Sequence record: SRR20825006_1153
Direction: 5' to 3' (one strand)
Length of the DNA stretch: 40,288 bases
The stretch's first letter is position 1. Every line of letters begins with the position of its first letter. The position numbers and the translations under genes are program-made. A model generated the notes under the pieces. The model searched no databases. It saw only the letters and a list, made by a program, of their open reading frames with translations, and was not told the DNA's origin. Positions 36,230 to 40,288 of this stretch are shown in pieces.

Positions 36230-37074
36230 GTTTTCCTCACATGCAGGAAAGGACGCAGGCCGTCAGACGGATCCGCGCGCCATTCCCGGTCTGTCTCTTC
36301 CGCAGGTGTTGGTGTCTTGATGCCGTTGCCGTCGGCGATATAAGCCTGATGGCATTCGGTGATCACCGGCTCGATCTCTTCCGGCAACCAACAGTGGCCG
36401 GTCTGGTATTCCGCCCCTTGTTCATCAAGGTCGATATGAAACTCAACTGTTGTGGCACCCCAGCGGCTGACAGCACGGCGCACCACTGCGGGGTTTCGTG
36501 AATGGTCGGACCAGCCAACGGGCACCCCGAACGCGTTTCGGATCGTCTCAATCGCAGCGAGATTACAGTTCTCAAACGGCGTGGGATAGCCCGATATGCA
36601 GTGCAGCAACGTGAGATTTTTTCCTCCCGCCGCATTAAAAACACACACGGCTGCGCCGATCTCATCCAGCGTGGCCATGCCGGTAGACAGCACGAGCGGC
36701 TTGCCTGTGCGTGCGCATTCCGCGATCAGGTCATGCCACGGCAGCTCATAGGATGCGACCTTGTAGAAATCCACATAAGGTTCCAGCTCTTCCACCGCCT
36801 TGAGATAAAACGGTGTACAGCAGAACTCCGCCTGCCTGTCGTGACAGGCGCTTGCGAGCTCAGGCAGGAACTCAAGCGGCAACTCCCACTCACGCCGGGC
36901 GCGGTGGGTTGCGCTGCGCTCCAGTATTTCAGGTGAGAAAAGCTCATCGATCTTGAAAAGCTGAAATTTCACCGCGCCACAACCAATGGCAACGGAGCGG
37001 TTGATAAACTCGACGCAGCGGTCCATATCCCGCGCATGGTTGCTTGAAACTTCCGAGATAAAAAGCGGCTGCAT
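36211..37074 (-). CDS. NeuB/PseI/SpsE-family nonulosonate synthase lacking the C-terminal AFL/SAF domain
   Basis: FISEVSSNH, AVKFQ, CTPF, YKVASYE, LSTGMAT, LLHCISGYP, GWSDH and VEFH; about 287 aa. Alternative TTG start at 37083. Confidence 0.9.
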   Translation of the reverse strand: MQPLFISEVSSNHARDMDRCVEFINRSVAIGCGAVKFQLFKIDELFSPEILERSATHRARREWELPLEFLPELASACHDRQAEFCCTPFYLKAVEELEPYVDFYKVASYELPWHDLIAECARTGKPLVLSTGMATLDEIGAAVCVFNAAGGKNLTLLHCISGYPTPFENCNLAAIETIRNAFGVPVGWSDHSRNPAVVRRAVSRWGATTVEFHIDLDEQGAEYQTGHCWLPEEIEPVITECHQAYIADGNGIKTPTPAEETDREWRADPSDGLRPFLHVRKTWHPQS

Positions 37075-37100
37075 ATCAACCAACCCTTCTGTTGTTGATG

Positions 37101-38864
37101 TTACGCCTTGCCATGCTTGGCCACCCGGTCTTTGAGCGCGGCAGCAACATCAGCCACGTTCCGTTTCCAGTCCTTATCAGGGAAACGCGGGAAATACCGG
37201 CCTTTTGGTGCCCAGGGTATGCCCTCGTCGGCTCCAAAGCTCCACCACGGTTTATAAAGCGTGAGCCACCAGACCGGCCGGTTGATCGAGGCTGCAAACA
37301 CCTGTGTGGACATGGCTGGGCCGATCACCAGATCAAGATGTTCCATGATCGAGAGGTTGGCATCGATATCCGCCTTCAGGTTCACATCCTCAAACCGGTG
37401 TAACTTGATGCCAGTGCGGCTCGTGAATTCCTCAACCTGTTTGCTCACATCGCTATATTGCATATTCACAAACTGGACACCGGGAACCGACAGAATAGGC
37501 AAGAGATCATCGAGCTTTAGGTAACCAAACTGCCGCGCAGCGCTTACAGTACCGCTTTGCCACGTAACCCCCACTTTCAAGCCGGGCCCGAGCGCTTCAA
37601 TGCGGTCGCGCCACTCATTGCTTTTCGCAGGGTCCGCCCCCAGATAGCCCTTATCAGGGAATTTGACGTCTGACGTTTGATGCCAGAAGTGCTGGAGAAT
37701 TGTCGCAAACGGCATGGCATAGTCCACGTGCAACTCGCCACGTTTTATCTTGCCCTCAACTTCCGGGAAAGCGCGGTAACGGTAGCCTTGCAGCATGCCA
37801 TCTCTATAGGCTGTAACAATGGCATCCGGGAACGCACGTTGATAAATTTTCACCAAGCGGTGATCCACGCCAATGACAAGTTGTTTGCAATGCTTCTCGA
37901 TTTCACGCAGGCCCAAGCCGAACATGACCTCGTCACCAATGCCCTGCTCACATGCCGCAAGAACCACTTTATCCTTGAGTGAGCTTTGGCCATCCCACTC
38001 CGGCAACCGATGCGTATAAGTTATCTGCTGCGTTTGCACCCGGCGCGAGCTGAGGCGCGACTTATAATACTTCCAAGCCTCCTCAAGGCGACCGTTCCGG
38101 AATAGATACATAGAACTGGCGATCTGGACTTCAGGGTCCAAAGGCTCGACCTCAAGAGCACGAACCAGATATTGCTGCGCTACATCCTGATCAGCAATTG
38201 CTCCTGCCAGATTACATAAAACCTTGTGATTTTTAGGGTCCAGGCGCAGGGCCTCTTCATAAAAGACGATAGAAGCTTCCTTGCCGTCCCTGTATTTCAC
38301 CGACGTGGCAAGCACATTCCACATATCGGCACTATCTGGGAACATAGGCAACATCTGCTGCGCCATCTCGATCGTTTGATCATATTTTTCCTGCCGGTTC
38401 AAAGCGGTGAAGAGGTTAATATAATGCTTGATTGTCTTCGGATCCATCGCCACCAACTGGTGCCCCAATTTCTCTGCTATCTCATGGAACCCCATGTCCA
38501 GCGCCAGATTCTGGATTACAGAACAGACATCCGGCGTTGGCTTGTGATAGTGGAGCGCACGCTCAAGAACGTAAATGGCTTGTTCACGCACACCAAGCTG
38601 TGTGAGAGCATGTGCCAGAATCGTGAGGATATTGATATCCTCAGGCAAGGCCTCCCAGGCTTTCAGCAGTTCCGTCACCGCCTCGGGCCACTCTTGGTTG
38701 GCGGCGTGTTGCTGCCCCTTTTTCAGGGCGACCTTAACCTCCTTGATCGAGAGGTTTGTATCCGCCAGGCCTGCCTTCTGCGCCTTGGACACGGCTTTGC
38801 CGCGAGCGCCAGCAGCCTTCGCTTGCGTGCTGCCATTGCGCGCTTTTCTTTTGGTTGCTGCCAA
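37101..38864 (-). CDS. flmG: FlmG-like flagellin O-glycosyltransferase (TPR + GT-B)
   Basis: N-terminal TPRs, then EAWKYY..R, W.G.SSLK.K.VL...EQGIGDE.MF, VG.TW.SG, FVNMQY and LDLVIGP; divergent from flbT-flaF as in Caulobacter. TTG 38864 follows GGGAGGA. Confidence 0.8.
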   Translation of the reverse strand: MAATKRKARNGSTQAKAAGARGKAVSKAQKAGLADTNLSIKEVKVALKKGQQHAANQEWPEAVTELLKAWEALPEDINILTILAHALTQLGVREQAIYVLERALHYHKPTPDVCSVIQNLALDMGFHEIAEKLGHQLVAMDPKTIKHYINLFTALNRQEKYDQTIEMAQQMLPMFPDSADMWNVLATSVKYRDGKEASIVFYEEALRLDPKNHKVLCNLAGAIADQDVAQQYLVRALEVEPLDPEVQIASSMYLFRNGRLEEAWKYYKSRLSSRRVQTQQITYTHRLPEWDGQSSLKDKVVLAACEQGIGDEVMFGLGLREIEKHCKQLVIGVDHRLVKIYQRAFPDAIVTAYRDGMLQGYRYRAFPEVEGKIKRGELHVDYAMPFATILQHFWHQTSDVKFPDKGYLGADPAKSNEWRDRIEALGPGLKVGVTWQSGTVSAARQFGYLKLDDLLPILSVPGVQFVNMQYSDVSKQVEEFTSRTGIKLHRFEDVNLKADIDANLSIMEHLDLVIGPAMSTQVFAASINRPVWWLTLYKPWWSFGADEGIPWAPKGRYFPRFPDKDWKRNVADVAAALKDRVAKHGKA

Positions 38865-38930
38865 GAAATCCTCCCGATCGCAGAGCGTTTGCCGGACTAT
38901 TGAGTTAATGTGCACCTGTTGCTGCGTGCT

Positions 38931-38947
38931 TGCAAGGGGGGTGCCAA
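38931..38947 (-). promoter_or_regulatory. sigma54 promoter of the flmG-neuB-spsFG operon
   Basis: Minus strand TTGGCACCCCCCTTGCA, consensus TGGCAC-N5-TTGC. Confidence 0.8.
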
Positions 38948-39055
38948 ACGCCTATTGTATCGTATTCGCGACGATGTCCTTATGCTATATAGGGGAATCT
39001 AAACGGGACCGGCCATATCAGGCGCGACGGAGGCCGGTATTTTAGGGAGGACTGT

Positions 39056-39448
39056 ATGGCGCTGAAGCTTTCATTGAAGCCCGACGAGCGGCTGGTGATA
39101 AATGGCGCAGTAATTGCAAATGCCGACAGGCGGACGACTTTGATCGTTCACAACAAGGCGTCGATCCTGCGTGAAAAAGACATCATGCAGGAAGAAAACG
39201 TCGATACCCCGGCTAAACGGATCTATTTTCCGATTATGTTAATGTATATGGGGCAAGGTGACACAGATAACTACTATGAGGAGTTTGTCCTGCGCATGAC
39301 TGAGTTCATGAATGCGATTAGCACTCCGGCGGCGATAGATAACTGTGTTAAAATAAGCCGCGATGTGATGGACCGGAACTATTACAAGGCACTCATCACC
39401 TGTAAAAAGCTGATCGCGTTTGAACAGGAACGCCTTGGGGGACAGTGA
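39056..39448 (+). CDS. flbT: flagellin translational regulator FlbT
   Basis: MALKLSLKP.ER.VINGAVI.N.DRR....V.NKASILREKDIMQ.E..DTPAKRIYFP.MLMY and YYKAL..C.KLI.FE. Confidence 0.95.
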   Translation: MALKLSLKPDERLVINGAVIANADRRTTLIVHNKASILREKDIMQEENVDTPAKRIYFPIMLMYMGQGDTDNYYEEFVLRMTEFMNAISTPAAIDNCVKISRDVMDRNYYKALITCKKLIAFEQERLGGQ

Positions 39449-39474
39449 GTAAAGGAACCTAACCGGGAAAGAGT

Positions 39475-39894
39475 ATGTCATACCAAGCGTATCAAAAGGC
39501 CCAACAGTCCTCAGAGAACCCGAGCCAGATCGAGTATCGCCTGTTTGCACAGGTAACGAATGCCCTGATTGAAGCTCGGGATAAAAACTTCCAGGGTGCA
39601 GACCTTGTGAAGGCGCTGGACTGGAACCGGCGCATGTGGTCTGTGCTGTCGTCTGACTGTGGCACAAAAGGCAACAGTTTGCCTGACCAGTTGCGCGCTG
39701 GCATCATCTCACTTTCTATCTGGGTTTCCAAACATTCCTCCGCCGTGGCACGCGGCGCGGAAACCGTTGACGACCTTATCAGCATTAACCGCACCATCAT
39801 GGAAGGCCTGGCCGATCAGGCACGCCTGCAAGCCAAAGCGGCTGAAGGCAATACAAGCGGCCCACAGCCCGGCACGGTGAACTCCACCCTGTAA
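39475..39894 (+). CDS. flaF: flagellin secretion chaperone/regulator FlaF
   Basis: MSYQAYQ...ENP.QIEYRLF..VT.AL, ALDWNRRMWS...DC...GN.LP..LRA.IISLSIWV..H and LI.INRTIMEGL. Confidence 0.95.
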   Translation: MSYQAYQKAQQSSENPSQIEYRLFAQVTNALIEARDKNFQGADLVKALDWNRRMWSVLSSDCGTKGNSLPDQLRAGIISLSIWVSKHSSAVARGAETVDDLISINRTIMEGLADQARLQAKAAEGNTSGPQPGTVNSTL

Positions 39895-40081
39895 TTTTTG
39901 CCCACCCTCGGCAAAAACTTCCCATGTAACCAGACACTTCCTGCCGACCCGGCAATATTTTCCCTGCCATTTTGGCATCCCATTCACAGCCCCACCCATG
40001 AGATCGGTAAAATTTTCCGATAATTTTCAATCCATTAGGTAATATTAGCCTAGAAGATGGAAAATTGGCACACCCCATGCA
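39889..40081 (+). promoter_or_regulatory. second flagellin promoter: ftr-like cluster, IHF-like site, sigma54 -24/-12
   Basis: CGGCAAAAACTTCCC (39909), CGGCAATATTTTCCC (39950), CGGTAAAATTTTCCG (40005) and reverse copies near 39889 and 39932; TTTCAATCCATTA (40025); TTGGCACACCCCATGCA (40065-40081). Confidence 0.8.
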
Positions 40082-40153
40082 ACGACGGTTTCGAAGGCAA
40101 AAGGCTTTCGTGAGCAAAAGGCTCAAATAGACTCTCAGAATGGAGATTACCAA

Positions 40154-40288
40154 ATGGCATTTTCTGTCAATACAAACGCAGGCGCGTTTGCTGCCCTGCA
40201 AAACCTCAACAAAACCACTGCCTCTTTGAACACCACTCAGACCCAGATCAACACGGGCCTGAAGGTTTCTTCTGCAAAAGACGATGCT
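40154..40288 (+). CDS. second flagellin, N-terminal 45 codons (truncated by window end; absent from the ORF track)
   Basis: MAFSVNTNAGAFAALQNLNKTTASLNTTQTQINTGLKVSSAKDDA, homologous to the start of 23120..23950; GGAG RBS and sigma54 promoter upstream. Confidence 0.95.
   Translation, partial: MAFSVNTNAGAFAALQNLNKTTASLNTTQTQINTGLKVSSAKDDA

Noticed and set aside
1-40288. Mobile elements, CRISPR arrays, rRNA or tRNA genes
   Set aside because: No transposase or integrase ORF, terminal inverted repeats, spaced repeat array or structural RNA signature was seen. The intergenic gaps are short and explained by promoters and terminators.

Overview
Alphaproteobacterial chromosomal segment (inferred from the Caulobacter-like fliL-fliM-pflI-motE, dksA-fliX/flgI and flmG/flbT-flaF layouts). 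From left to right it holds: (1) the 3' end of a PEP-CTERM surface protein gene, an XRE regulator, pepN and an Lrp/AsnC regulator; (2) a four-gene bufferin-type RiPP operon (DUF2282 Cys-rich precursor, DUF692 MNIO enzyme, DUF2063 partner, DoxX); (3) a flagellar motor operon (fliL, fliM, pflI-like, motE, cheZ, two MotB-like genes of which one lacks the essential Asp, and a ~1000-aa TPR protein); (4) flgFGAH, a metE 3' remnant, dksA, fliX, flgI-flgJ-flbY-like and a flagellin; (5) a ~15 kb flagellin glycosylation island, followed by flbT, flaF and the start of a second flagellin. The island encodes PseB, PseC, a short NeuB/PseI, a cytidylyltransferase-PseG/SpsG fusion and an FlmG-like transferase, but no PseH-type acetyltransferase. 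Instead it carries a GH57-like protein, an SDR, a DXS paralog with an altered acceptor site and three tandem ATP-grasp ligases. This is the best candidate for an undescribed system: biosynthesis of an unusually decorated nonulosonate or branched-sugar flagellin glycan. Five sigma54 promoters with ftr-like and IHF-like sites, and repeated hairpins in a flagellin mRNA leader, are readable directly from the DNA. No CRISPR, rRNA, tRNA or transposase was seen. All family assignments come from motif recognition by eye, not database searches.
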